64,000 nucleotides of DNA, taken from the IMG/VR virus record IMGVR_UViG_3300022555_000046. One strand, given 5' to 3'. Below the pieces are notes generated by a model. The model was not told where the DNA came from, did not search any database, and saw nothing but the letters and a program-made list of their open reading frames with translations. This stretch comes from a virus. Of this stretch, positions 16,707-26,931 are shown piece after piece (position 1 is the stretch's first letter; every line of letters starts with the position of its first letter). A program made the position numbers and the translations under genes.

Positions 16707-16840
16707 GCTTTCTGTTTTTTAAAGAATGAATCCATGATAACCTCCAGCATACTTGAGAAAGATCGCCTTTCTTTGTCTGCCTGTTTCTTTACCCTGTCAC
16801 GAAGTTTTGGGTCTACCGTGGCTGTTATATTCACTTTCAT
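16703..16840 (-). CDS. ribbon-helix-helix (Arc/CopG-like) regulator
   Basis: MKVNITATVDPKLRDRVKKQADKERRSFSSMLEVIM. Confidence 0.75.
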   Translation of the reverse strand: MKVNITATVDPKLRDRVKKQADKERRSFSSMLEVIMDSFFKKQKA

Positions 16841-16858
16841 AGTATAGTTATTGGTCTG

Positions 16859-16889
16859 CAAATATATATCATAAAATAACATAATGCAA
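16859..16889 (-). promoter_or_regulatory. leftward promoter of the RHH-groES operon
   Basis: TTGCAT-N17-TATATTTG. Confidence 0.65.
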
Positions 16890-16917
16890 GTTTGTTGATA
16901 AAAAAATAATATTTTAT

Positions 16918-16948
16918 TTGACAACGATATAAATTAGTGATACTTTTG
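16918..16948 (+). promoter_or_regulatory. rightward promoter (likely leaderless transcript)
   Basis: TTGACA-N17-TACTTTTG-N4-ATG. Confidence 0.75.
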
Positions 16949-16952
16949 CGCT

Positions 16953-17165
16953 ATGATTCTACAACAGACATATATGAACAGGGAGTTGGTTAGGGTTAAT
17001 AAGGCATTGAACAGGGCTACCAAGAGTGGCAACTGGGATAAATGCTTTGGCCTTTTAGCTACCAGACATAGTCTGATTGTCGAAGACAGAAAAAAGATTG
17101 TATATTTGCCTCAAAGGAGAGCAAGTGGAATTCACAGAAAAAGAACTGTCGAGACTGCCGTTTAA
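16953..17165 (+). CDS. small basic hypothetical protein
   Basis: 70 aa; ATG at the predicted +1. Confidence 0.55.
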   Translation: MILQQTYMNRELVRVNKALNRATKSGNWDKCFGLLATRHSLIVEDRKKIVYLPQRRASGIHRKRTVETAV

Positions 17166-17763
17166 GGTTATCGGTGACATTGACTACTTCGCAGAGTACC
17201 CTTCGTTAAAGAACTATAAGGCTTTCAACGATGAGATTCTTGGAGGGCTGATGATTCCCTTCAACAACCTGTTTCGGTATGTGGTTCTTCTTTACACCCC
17301 GAACACCCCCCTGATGAACATCACGGACCACAATAAGCGGAAGGCTGTGGCTCTCCAGATGTCCGATATTGATGGTGCCAAGAATATCGACCTTGTTTCT
17401 TGTAGGAATCCATTGTACAACATGATCATCATGGGGTATCTCAGGTTAATGAAGTCTCACCGATGGGCTAAATTATGCGTGTTTACCGATGCCTATTATA
17501 ATCAGTGTGCTAAACTTCAGGCTGGACTTATTGAGCCGGGAGAACGAACCAAGGAGTTAAAGGCCAATATAAACGATCTGGAGGCAGACATTGAGGTTAT
17601 GACCAATGAGTTTGTTAACTTCGATAACTCTCCGAAGTTAAGGGACGCTGTGACTCAGGCCGTGGAGGACCAGCATAATGAGTTGCTCCCAGAAACAATA
17701 GCGTCACTCATATCGGAGGGGGATGATCCCACCCGGGAATGGTCTCCATATGCAAGTAGTTAA
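17077..17763 (+). CDS. protein upstream of TerL, possible terminase small subunit
   Basis: Helical 228 aa ORF overlapping the TerL start; true start may be GTG 17125 (AAGGAG SD; TTGTCG-N18-TATATTTG at 17077-17108). Confidence 0.55.
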   Translation: MSKTEKRLYICLKGEQVEFTEKELSRLPFKVIGDIDYFAEYPSLKNYKAFNDEILGGLMIPFNNLFRYVVLLYTPNTPLMNITDHNKRKAVALQMSDIDGAKNIDLVSCRNPLYNMIIMGYLRLMKSHRWAKLCVFTDAYYNQCAKLQAGLIEPGERTKELKANINDLEADIEVMTNEFVNFDNSPKLRDAVTQAVEDQHNELLPETIASLISEGDDPTREWSPYASS

Positions 17764-19966
17764 AGATGTATTAAAGCAGTATCTCCCGGCAGATAAATTT
17801 CTTCGGGTAAACGACAGGGACCCAAACCTTGTCCCGATAGACATACCACTTCCGAAATGCCCACCACTTCATCTTATTGACGGATATGGACTACCTGCAA
17901 AGGAGCAGAAGTTCAAGCGTGAACAGATGCCGATAAATCTGGCGAAGATCGTTAAGTACTGCGATTCCGTTGACGACATCTGGACGAAGTTGTATGCCAG
18001 ACAACGGGAGATGAAGTCTGAGATAGACTGGATAAAAAAGCAATGGTATTATCGCAGACACGGATATTGGTTTTTTAACAACGGAAAACCAACCTATATA
18101 ACTGGCACTCACCACTTCTATCTTCAGTGGTTTAAGATTGACGTTGGTTCCCCGAAGTACAGGGATCGGTCCAGAAAGCACTTTCTGTGCATGGACTTCC
18201 TTCATAACTACACCTATGACTTTAAGGAGAAAATTTACGATGTAAAAGGCAATCGCCTTCCTAATAAATTTGGTGACGAACTGGAAGACACCGGACACCG
18301 CACAATGTTTGGTCTTGTCTATCCAAAAATGAGAAGAGCGGGTGCGTCCTACGAGTCTTTGGCTTGGATGCTTAACCGGATCACCATGACCGAACGGGCG
18401 CACTCTGGTATTCAGGGACCGGATAAGACCCACGGATATCGGGCGTTCAAGAAACTGGTATTTGCTTGGAGGAAATTACCATTCTTCTTCCAACCGAAGT
18501 TCACCGGAGACAATGACCCTGAAGTAAAACTTAACTTCATTAACAAAACCACCGGGGACTTTAATGCCACTCTTGGACTTGAGACCCAGTTGACTTTTGC
18601 AACCACGAACAATGGCCTTCATTACGACCAAGAGAAACTTCTTGACTACCTTCGGGAGGAACCCGGGAAGACAAAACTTGACAACATTTACTTCTCGTGG
18701 GATAAGATAAAGAATACGCTGGCTCAAGGGGACGGTGCTGAGATCGTTGGATTTGCCTTGTATCCATCAACTGCCGGGGAGATGGAGAAAGATGGCGGGG
18801 AGAATTATTTCTATATGTGCCGGGACTCCAATTACTACGAGCGGGTTCCTTCTGGGAGTACTAAAACTGGCATGGTTCTTATCTTCATCCCGGGAGATGA
18901 GGGGCTGGAGGGTTATATTGATGAATATGGAATGTCTGTTACTGACACTCCAACTGAGGAACAGGCGGCATTCATCAAGCGTAAAATCGGGGCAAGGGAA
19001 CACATTCTGGGCGGCAGGTTGCATTATCTCCAGAGAATGACACCAGAGGGCAACGAAAAATATCTGGAGCATTGTAGGCTTTATCCTCTATCAATAAAAG
19101 ACTGTTTTGCTACCTCTGGAGGTGGAATTGGGTTCAATGAAATAATCCTTGATAAGCGGATGGGTGAACTTCGATTCGACCAGACTGCTACCAGACGTGG
19201 AAATTTTGACTGGGAAGATGGAGTGTTTCTTGGTAAGGTGATCTGGAATGATGATCCGAACGGAAGGTGGACCGTCTCCAAGCTACTACCAGACGATAAA
19301 ACGAATTTAAGATTCTGGGATGAGGCTCGTGGAAGTTGGATGCCTGTCAATCCCGGCTCTCACATGCACTGTTCCGACCCCTTCAACTTTGACGAGACTG
19401 AAGGTAGTCGGCAGAGTATGGGAGGAGGAATTTGTATAGAACGGAGAAAGCATATTCAGGGAGATAGTGTGCCTATACAGAAGTGGCTCACACCGGACGT
19501 TGTTTGCACTTATTCATTCCGACATGCTGATACCACTCTGTTCTGCGAGGATATGTTGATGCAGACCCTTTATTACGGGGGGAGACATAATCCTGAGTCG
19601 AATAACGAGATGGTCAGGAAGTACTTCAAGAAACATAAGTGCAATGGATTCCTTTATTACTATAAAGACGAGGATGGTAAGTTTAATAAAACCGCTGGAT
19701 ATTCCCTTAATACAGATATGCAAACAAAAATCCTCGGAAGTTCAGTTGACTTTATTGAACGTCATGGTCATCGTTGTAATCATCTGGAACTACTTGACCA
19801 GTGTAAGAATTTAAGGGGAAGGAAGGACATTACAAACAAAGACCTTGTTGCTGTTTTCGGAGGGGCTACCCACGCTATTCAGGAGGATTATCGGGTTGAG
19901 GAAGTTGCAGACGAAGAGGAGGATCAGTGGGACCTGAGTCCTTGGGTAAAAAAAAGGAGGGGTTGA
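17723..19966 (+). CDS. terL: terminase large subunit (crAss-like)
   Basis: Walker A-like KMRRAGASY, Walker B-like YLREEPGK, PSTAG coupling motif, RNase H-like CSDPFNFD and CEDMLMQTLYYG..ESN. Confidence 0.92.
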   Translation: MIPPGNGLHMQVVKDVLKQYLPADKFLRVNDRDPNLVPIDIPLPKCPPLHLIDGYGLPAKEQKFKREQMPINLAKIVKYCDSVDDIWTKLYARQREMKSEIDWIKKQWYYRRHGYWFFNNGKPTYITGTHHFYLQWFKIDVGSPKYRDRSRKHFLCMDFLHNYTYDFKEKIYDVKGNRLPNKFGDELEDTGHRTMFGLVYPKMRRAGASYESLAWMLNRITMTERAHSGIQGPDKTHGYRAFKKLVFAWRKLPFFFQPKFTGDNDPEVKLNFINKTTGDFNATLGLETQLTFATTNNGLHYDQEKLLDYLREEPGKTKLDNIYFSWDKIKNTLAQGDGAEIVGFALYPSTAGEMEKDGGENYFYMCRDSNYYERVPSGSTKTGMVLIFIPGDEGLEGYIDEYGMSVTDTPTEEQAAFIKRKIGAREHILGGRLHYLQRMTPEGNEKYLEHCRLYPLSIKDCFATSGGGIGFNEIILDKRMGELRFDQTATRRGNFDWEDGVFLGKVIWNDDPNGRWTVSKLLPDDKTNLRFWDEARGSWMPVNPGSHMHCSDPFNFDETEGSRQSMGGGICIERRKHIQGDSVPIQKWLTPDVVCTYSFRHADTTLFCEDMLMQTLYYGGRHNPESNNEMVRKYFKKHKCNGFLYYYKDEDGKFNKTAGYSLNTDMQTKILGSSVDFIERHGHRCNHLELLDQCKNLRGRKDITNKDLVAVFGGATHAIQEDYRVEEVADEEEDQWDLSPWVKKRRG

Positions 19967-19994
19967 CAATGGGGGTTCAAAAATCATATATTTG
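19963..19994 (+). promoter_or_regulatory. promoter of the fibre cassette
   Basis: TTGACA-N18-TATATTTG. Confidence 0.8.
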
Positions 19995-20003
19995 CAAAAA
20001 AAC

Positions 20004-20606
20004 ATGAAACTACGAGCGGGAGTAGAACATTTTGTTTTTGAGATTCAACGTAGTCACTATGACAATATTCCGACAGATGACATAAAGGAGTTTACTACGG
20101 ACGGGACGATGTTTATCTTCAGGTTTGCAGCCCTTATGATAAAATTTGATTATTCTACCATAGAGCAGTATAATGGAGATTCTGTTATTCCATCTTTTCA
20201 GGAACTCGTCCCGATACTTCACGACATGATATACAAGGCAAAGAAACTGGACGCCCTTGATGATGTGAAGGAGGCTCTTTATGGAATGGGAGATGGGGTG
20301 TCTACAATTGGTTATCAGGTTACGGCATCACCTGCATCGTTTAACGCTGTTCCCGCTGGATGGAGTCTTGTCAAGGTGATTGTTGTGAATAATGAGTTAC
20401 ATGATGTTTCCGTGTCACTCGGCACGACACTTGGCGGGACCGACCTTCTTGATGTAGAAACTGTTGCTGCCGGGGCAAGAACTACCGTTCGTTGTGGTAA
20501 GTTGTATTCGCTCACATCAAATACCTCCGTTTATTTTTCCACCCCAGACGTTGTGTTTGTTGGGTTAACCCTGATAGTTGAAACTAATAAAGAACAAACG
20601 ACATGA
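20004..20606 (+). CDS. putative structural protein
   Basis: Likely start MKLRAGVE; beta-rich C-terminal half. Confidence 0.65.
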   Translation: MKLRAGVEHFVFEIQRSHYDNIPTDDIKEFTTDGTMFIFRFAALMIKFDYSTIEQYNGDSVIPSFQELVPILHDMIYKAKKLDALDDVKEALYGMGDGVSTIGYQVTASPASFNAVPAGWSLVKVIVVNNELHDVSVSLGTTLGGTDLLDVETVAAGARTTVRCGKLYSLTSNTSVYFSTPDVVFVGLTLIVETNKEQTT

Positions 20607-23600
20607 AAAAGCTGATGTTAATCATATTAATGATCCCGATCTTGGTTTACTCCCAGATAGAATCACTTGAAAAGCTGACAGTAACCATTGTGAAGGTCCC
20701 GAACGCTGTGCCGCCAACAATTAAGACAAATTTGTTATATGCCTATGGAGGCCATCTTTATTGGAGCGGGGCGAGGATTGACAGTGTATCTTCTGGTGTT
20801 GCGCCTACTAATTTCTGGACCGAACAGGCAGGGGCAACGAATAACGCTTATTATAATCGCTCCGGTAATGTTGGAATCGGGAAGACAAATCCTACTGCGC
20901 TACTTGATGTTAATGGAGACGCTTTAATTAACGGGTTAGTCGCTGGAACTGGGGGAGGGTTTTTATCACTAAGAAACACAGTCTTCGGGAACACATCCCC
21001 TCCATTTTCTGGCGCAGGAGACCAAGTATTAATTGGGTATAATGCAGGGAAGTCAATAGTGGGGGCACAGTCAAATGTTATAATCGGGTCTTTTGCCGGG
21101 GATAAGATTACAACCGCCAGCCAAAACACGATTATCGGATATGCCGCAGGAACCGAAAATGTGTCTGGGGGGCAAAATACAATTATGGGCAAAGATGCGG
21201 GGTTTTGGGTTACGGCAGACAATAACTCCTTCTTTGGCATGAGGGCTGGAATGAACACAACAACAGGGTATTGTAATACAGCCGTTGGATCAGTAGCCAT
21301 GAATAATAATGGCTCTGGGCATTCTAATGTTGCGATTGGAGCCTCTTCCCTTTTTAGTAATACAACAGCAAGTAATCTTGTGTCAATAGGAGATAGTTCG
21401 CTTTTTCATAGTACTGGAGGAGGGAATACGGCTGTTGGAAGTAAGTCGGCTTGGGGGAACACGACTGGGTGTTACAACACGGCAATAGGGCATCAGGCTA
21501 TGTATAATGTTACCACTGGATATCAGAATACAGCACTCGGAGAAATAGCCTTGTACTATCTTACATCTGGGAAAAATAATGTGGCTGTTGGAATGGCGTC
21601 TGGGGGAGGAGGAATTGGAGACGCTAACACTTCTGTCGGGGCATCGTCTTTGTCTTCTGTTACAACCGGAATGTCTAATGTCGCAATTGGTGCTTGCTCT
21701 CTAAAATCTAATCTAAGCACTTGCAATCTTGTTGCCGTTGGAGATAGTTCTTTGCGATCAAACACAAGTGGGTATTATAATACGGCAATTGGGAGTAAGT
21801 CTTTGGAGTATAATACTTCTGGAATTTATAACACTGCTGTTGGCCAGAAGAGTTTGTATGCAAATAGTATTGGGTCGTATAACACCGCTGTCGGAGTACA
21901 GGCGTTAGACGTAAACTCTGTCGGAAACTTTAACACTGCTATGGGGATGTATTCATTAACTGCAAATATAAGAGGAAGTGGGAATACGGCATATGGGTTT
22001 CATTCGTCATACGCAAACGAAACTGGATATAGCAATACGGCTGTCGGGTCGGCTGCGTTACATAACAATACTGCGGGTCACAGTATAGTGGCTATTGGCG
22101 ATAGTGCCCTTTTTTATAATTACGCCTCAAATAACGTAGCTGTTGGGTACAAGTCTGTATATACAAACACTTTTGCATCGGGAATTACGGCTGTTGGATA
22201 TTCGGCAGGATATTCTGCTACCGGACAGTATAATACATTTATTGGAGGGTATTCTGGGGTGAACGCAGGTTCTGGAGAGAATAATACCTGTGTCGGATAT
22301 TCATCTGCTGGATCGTCATCTTTGGGAGCCAGCAATACCTTTATTGGTGCGTTTTCAGGACAATTAGCCGGGGGTGCCAATATGAATACCGCTGTCGGGT
22401 ACTATGGGCAAAGTTCAAATACGACAGGGGCGTATAATGTTTCTCTTGGTGCTGGATGTTTTAATCCCATATCAATTGGTGCCGGGAATTACACTGGAGA
22501 CGGAGGTGTTGCTGTTGGGACAAATGCGCTGAGTTGCAAGTTAGACGGGGGACAAGATATTGCCATCGGATATGGTGCAGGGTCAATATATACAGGATCG
22601 GCATCGAGACAACATGGAAGTCAATCTATTTTTATTGGGTATTTGACAGGGTCGTATGCGGCAAATTGTACAAACGAGACTGTTATAGGGAATATATTAT
22701 ATGGTCACGGATCAAACACTGTTACCATCGGAAACTCTTCTATAACAGATACTTATTTATCTGGAAAGGTACGTACCGGATCGTTAATGGTTGGTCCGTA
22801 TAATGTTTCCGTCACTGCCGATTGTAGTATTCCCCCGGCAAGTTCAATGGTGTATCCCGGTGTTGGAATACCTGTTTCAACAGGATCAGCGTGGGCGTCA
22901 TCTATTACCGATAATTCCGCTAACTGGAATACCAGTTTCGGATGGGGAGACCATTCTACGTTTGGGTACTTGGTTGATCCAATGACCGCAACCGGAGATA
23001 TTATATTTCGGAGCAACAGCGGGGTTGATGTTGCACTTCCTCACGGAAATGATAATAACATTCTTGTTACAAAAAAGCACACGGCAACACTCCCGGAAGT
23101 TGACTACTATGTTCCATCATGGGTTTCCCCTCCTTGGTTAAGTATGGGATACCTTACCACAGAGTCTGACCCGAGTGTTTACGCTTGGGCTAAAGCCGCA
23201 ACAAAACCAGCATACACTTATACCGAGGTCGGAGCCGCTCCGTCCTCGCATGTTTCAAACACCTCAAATCCCCACTCTGTTACAAAGGCACAGGTTGGAC
23301 TCGGTTCTGTTGAGAACACGGCCTTGAGTACATGGGCAGGAACATCAAGTGTTACAACACTTGGGGCGATTGTATCCTGTACTTCATTTGCAACATCTGG
23401 ATCGGTCGGAATAGGAACAACCTCCCCAACGGGATTGATTAACGGAGTCTCAAGTTCTGCAAATGCCATAAACTTCGATATGTATAGCAGCACCGCAACC
23501 GTAAAGTCAAATGTTGTTATGCGGAAGGCTCGTGGAACTCCCGCATCCCCCTCCAGAGTGAGTTCAGGGGACCAGCTTGGAGCCTTTACCTTCATCGGGG

Positions 23601-24025
23601 GATATGATGCGTCAGGGACCTTTACTTGGCCTTCTGGGGCACAGGCAGGTCTTTTCGCAAAGGCAGAAGAGGATTATGTTGGCTCTACAAATCTTGGCGC
23701 ATACTTTACGATAGAGACAACAGGGGCTGGAAGTGGCAGCAGAACGGAAAAAATGAGAGTTACCGGAGGAGGGACCGTAGCCATTGGAACTACCGCCCCG
23801 TCAACAACCGAGATACTTGATGTAAACGGAAATCAAAGAATATCTGGGTATCAGAAAATTATAAAAGTGGCCGCTCATCCCACGATTGCGTCTGGGGAAA
23901 CAGCAGTATACACCAAGGGAAATTATTACGTTGTTGCTTATAATGACGGAGGAACTATGAAGTACAGGTATATGGATTTGACCAGTACGAACGCAACATG
24001 GACCTACAATACGGTGGCTCCATAA
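20603..24025 (+). CDS. fibre/adhesin-like beta-repeat protein with predicted signal peptide
   Basis: Many NTAVGxxALxxNTxG repeats and GxVGIGTTxP motifs; N-terminus MKKLMLIILMIPILVYS-Q. Confidence 0.8.
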   Translation: MKKLMLIILMIPILVYSQIESLEKLTVTIVKVPNAVPPTIKTNLLYAYGGHLYWSGARIDSVSSGVAPTNFWTEQAGATNNAYYNRSGNVGIGKTNPTALLDVNGDALINGLVAGTGGGFLSLRNTVFGNTSPPFSGAGDQVLIGYNAGKSIVGAQSNVIIGSFAGDKITTASQNTIIGYAAGTENVSGGQNTIMGKDAGFWVTADNNSFFGMRAGMNTTTGYCNTAVGSVAMNNNGSGHSNVAIGASSLFSNTTASNLVSIGDSSLFHSTGGGNTAVGSKSAWGNTTGCYNTAIGHQAMYNVTTGYQNTALGEIALYYLTSGKNNVAVGMASGGGGIGDANTSVGASSLSSVTTGMSNVAIGACSLKSNLSTCNLVAVGDSSLRSNTSGYYNTAIGSKSLEYNTSGIYNTAVGQKSLYANSIGSYNTAVGVQALDVNSVGNFNTAMGMYSLTANIRGSGNTAYGFHSSYANETGYSNTAVGSAALHNNTAGHSIVAIGDSALFYNYASNNVAVGYKSVYTNTFASGITAVGYSAGYSATGQYNTFIGGYSGVNAGSGENNTCVGYSSAGSSSLGASNTFIGAFSGQLAGGANMNTAVGYYGQSSNTTGAYNVSLGAGCFNPISIGAGNYTGDGGVAVGTNALSCKLDGGQDIAIGYGAGSIYTGSASRQHGSQSIFIGYLTGSYAANCTNETVIGNILYGHGSNTVTIGNSSITDTYLSGKVRTGSLMVGPYNVSVTADCSIPPASSMVYPGVGIPVSTGSAWASSITDNSANWNTSFGWGDHSTFGYLVDPMTATGDIIFRSNSGVDVALPHGNDNNILVTKKHTATLPEVDYYVPSWVSPPWLSMGYLTTESDPSVYAWAKAATKPAYTYTEVGAAPSSHVSNTSNPHSVTKAQVGLGSVENTALSTWAGTSSVTTLGAIVSCTSFATSGSVGIGTTSPTGLINGVSSSANAINFDMYSSTATVKSNVVMRKARGTPASPSRVSSGDQLGAFTFIGGYDASGTFTWPSGAQAGLFAKAEEDYVGSTNLGAYFTIETTGAGSGSRTEKMRVTGGGTVAIGTTAPSTTEILDVNGNQRISGYQKIIKVAAHPTIASGETAVYTKGNYYVVAYNDGGTMKYRYMDLTSTNATWTYNTVAP

Positions 24026-24063
24026 CAGAAACAAATCCTAATCAAATAACCAAAACAATCAAG

Positions 24064-24138
24064 ATGAAAACAATAATTGCAACAATTATGCTGGTGATGC
24101 TTATACTCCCGGTATTCAGCAGCGATGAAAATAATTAA
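24064..24138 (+). CDS. 24-aa hydrophobic micro-ORF (signal-peptide-like)
   Basis: MKTIIATIMLVMLILPVFSSDENN after an A-rich leader. Confidence 0.4.
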   Translation: MKTIIATIMLVMLILPVFSSDENN

Positions 24139-24208
24139 AATTTATCTTGACAAGCCTATTTTGAATTACGTTACTTTGTATCGTTCTTCTTAGTTTTTCT
24201 CCTTCAGG

Positions 24209-24242
24209 GGGTGGTGGACCAAAAATCTACCACCCTTCTTTT
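24209..24242 (+). terminator. intrinsic terminator
   Basis: GGGTGGTGG-N9-CTACCACCC-TTCTTTT. Confidence 0.7.
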
Positions 24243-24261
24243 GTTAAATTAATTAACATAC

Positions 24262-24293
24262 TTGACATTGGTAGTTTTTTATTTGTAGATTTG
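24262..24293 (+). promoter_or_regulatory. portal promoter
   Basis: TTGACA-N18-TAGATTTG. Confidence 0.8.
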
Positions 24294-24341
24294 CAGTTAA
24301 AGTTTTACTTTAAGTGAAAAACAATCTAAGCAGATAAACAG

Positions 24342-26837
24342 ATGATTGTAAATATAGCGAATTTCAAGTCCTCTAATTTCCCCCGGCCATCAGACGAAGT
24401 GGACCCTCTATATAAAGAGACTCCTGAATATGGTTTTGATTGGAGTTCGTATATTTACGGTCAGTATATTGCGGGAAAGGCATTCGTCACGCCTGACGAG
24501 CAGGAGTCGATCCAGACAAACCGGGACTATGCCGCTGGAAGACAAGACACGGAAATATACCGTGACATGCTGGAACAGCGTCAGGATGGTCCCAGATTCA
24601 TTGGAGATAAGGAGTACGACTCCTTACTTAACCACAATGAAACAATGATGTCCGTTGATTTTTCCAGAATATTTTCCCCTATCCCTAAAATCCTCCTTAA
24701 TATTCAGGGGGTAATTGAAAAAACAGAACATGAGATCAAGGTTGCCGCAATTGACGAAAAGTCTACATCCCTGAAGTCGCAACTGAAATGGGAGTCTTAT
24801 GTTGAGGGGCAGAACAAGCCTATGTTTGACTGGGTCAGGTCCACGCTCGGTCTTCCCGGGCAGGACGATAAGTCTCTCCCGCAATCCGTTGAGGAAATGG
24901 AGTTAATGGAGAAGATCGGCTCTTTTAAATTAGCATACGAGATTGGTATTAAAGATGCCTTGACCGCCACTGCAAATATCTCCAAGAACAAGAAGGTAAA
25001 GCGAAGAGTTATCCGTGACTTATTTGAAAATGGGAAAGCCGCTACCTTCTGTTATGAAGACGTTGGCGGGGTAATAAAATACAAATATATTGACTTCAGT
25101 GAGTTGATTATGGAACCCGCTGATGACGAGGATTACTCTCTGTCTAACTGGGGTGGAATTGTTGAAAACTGGACCATCGCAGACCTAAGATGCAGACTTG
25201 ACGTCCCTGAGAAAAAACTTGCCGAACTTGCCCGTGCCCAGACGAAGAAAATGGCTGGAATAAACTGGAGTACAGAGCGGAAGGATGGAACTTACTATTA
25301 TGACGATGTTAAAATCCCGGTACTTGTATCTTACTGGAAGAGTGTTGATTCTGATTATGTAACCAATCACACTGACGGAAGGTCATATAATGAGCCTTGG
25401 AAATACTCCAAGTCGAAAGACGGTAAAACAGCCAAGATTTATCCTCCCAGAATGTATAACACGGAACATCGTGTAACCAGTGTTCATAAGAGAAGGGTTC
25501 TTTATAGCACAAAATGGATCATCGGTTCGGATATTGTTTTTGACAATGGAAAAGTAACTGATATTCCTTTTGACTTTCACGCCAAGGACGTCCGTCTTCC
25601 CTTCGTTATCTACCGCATCCCCGGCATCCCGCTGGTTGAACTGATGATTCCTATTGCCGACCAGATTCAATTAACATACCTTGAACTTCAGAACGCCCGG
25701 GCGAAGGCCGCTCCCAGTGGGCTAAAGATTGAACTGAGTTCTATTGAAAACCTGAAGGTCGGGAAAAAGACCCTGCATCCGCTGGATGTAATCAAGATAC
25801 GAACCCAGACAGGTCACATGCTTTATCGACTGGCTCCTCCACAGATGGGAAATCCGATTGGGATTCAAAATCCTATTGAGGAACTTCTTGGAGGTTATGA
25901 ACCAGCGATTATCAGTGCGGTCAAGGCTCTTGAAATGTTTTATCAGGAACTTGAGCGGGTTACCGGAATCGCAGACCTTTCCACCGGGAAAAGCCCTACT
26001 AACGATCAGGGACTTGGCGTTAGTCAGATTGCGCTCGAAACAACAAATAACACCTTGTCTCCGATATACACTGGATGGGTGACCATGAAGGAAAACATGG
26101 GAATGTATTGTGCTATAAAAATCCACTCAAAAATATCTGGTGCCACCGGGATAGACTCTCCTTATTTTGAGATGCTCGGACCAGCAAAATATAATGCCAT
26201 CAAGGGTGCCGGGAAATATCCTCCTGTTTATTGGGGGATTGATATTCAGGCCAAGATCGACACTCTTACAAAGCAAAAAGTTCTTGAGTCAGCACAGGCC
26301 GCTCTTTCTGTTGGGAAGGACGGGATTCCAATTCTTACCTACTCTGAATATCTGTTTATTGTTGATAAACTTCAGGAAGGCGCAAATGTTGCGGATATCA
26401 GGGCATTCATCGCCTACAAAGAACAGAAAGCAAACGAACTGGGGGCACAGAGGGCACAGGCGTCACAGGCTCAACTTCAACAGGGTCAGGCCGCAAATGA
26501 CAAGGCAAAAAGTGATGCCCAGATTCAGCTTGAAACAACTTTGTCTTCTTTAAGGATAAAAGAAAAAGAGGCAGAGGCTATTATTCAGGCCAAGTTGCTC
26601 GCCCTTGAATATGCACTTAAGGAGAGGTTGCAGACCAATCAAATCAGGACTCAGGCAGATGTAGACAACGGGCAACTTCCAAGTGGTCAGCCAAATACGA
26701 ATGGTCCGGTGAATACCGAAGGACAGCCTCCAGCAATGCCGGGAGGTATGCCCCCGGGGGCTAACGCTCCTGTATCTGGACCAATTGTACCGCCCTCACC
26801 ACAGGCGTCTCGACCGATGGCCCAACCAGTTCAATAA
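24342..26837 (+). CDS. portal protein (crAss-like)
   Basis: 831 aa between TerL and capsid genes; NRDYAAGRQD near N-terminus, coiled-coil and Pro/Gln tail. Confidence 0.85.
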   Translation: MIVNIANFKSSNFPRPSDEVDPLYKETPEYGFDWSSYIYGQYIAGKAFVTPDEQESIQTNRDYAAGRQDTEIYRDMLEQRQDGPRFIGDKEYDSLLNHNETMMSVDFSRIFSPIPKILLNIQGVIEKTEHEIKVAAIDEKSTSLKSQLKWESYVEGQNKPMFDWVRSTLGLPGQDDKSLPQSVEEMELMEKIGSFKLAYEIGIKDALTATANISKNKKVKRRVIRDLFENGKAATFCYEDVGGVIKYKYIDFSELIMEPADDEDYSLSNWGGIVENWTIADLRCRLDVPEKKLAELARAQTKKMAGINWSTERKDGTYYYDDVKIPVLVSYWKSVDSDYVTNHTDGRSYNEPWKYSKSKDGKTAKIYPPRMYNTEHRVTSVHKRRVLYSTKWIIGSDIVFDNGKVTDIPFDFHAKDVRLPFVIYRIPGIPLVELMIPIADQIQLTYLELQNARAKAAPSGLKIELSSIENLKVGKKTLHPLDVIKIRTQTGHMLYRLAPPQMGNPIGIQNPIEELLGGYEPAIISAVKALEMFYQELERVTGIADLSTGKSPTNDQGLGVSQIALETTNNTLSPIYTGWVTMKENMGMYCAIKIHSKISGATGIDSPYFEMLGPAKYNAIKGAGKYPPVYWGIDIQAKIDTLTKQKVLESAQAALSVGKDGIPILTYSEYLFIVDKLQEGANVADIRAFIAYKEQKANELGAQRAQASQAQLQQGQAANDKAKSDAQIQLETTLSSLRIKEKEAEAIIQAKLLALEYALKERLQTNQIRTQADVDNGQLPSGQPNTNGPVNTEGQPPAMPGGMPPGANAPVSGPIVPPSPQASRPMAQPVQ

Positions 26838-26864
26838 AAACTTTAAGTAAAATAATATAAGTAC

Positions 26865-26896
26865 TTGACATTGGTGTAATAATAAACGTAAATTTG
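26865..26896 (+). promoter_or_regulatory. scaffold/capsid promoter
   Basis: TTGACA-N18-TAAATTTG; shares ACTTGACATTGGT with the portal promoter. Confidence 0.8.
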
Positions 26897-26931
26897 AACC
26901 CGAGTAATTTTTAACTTAAATTAATTAACAA

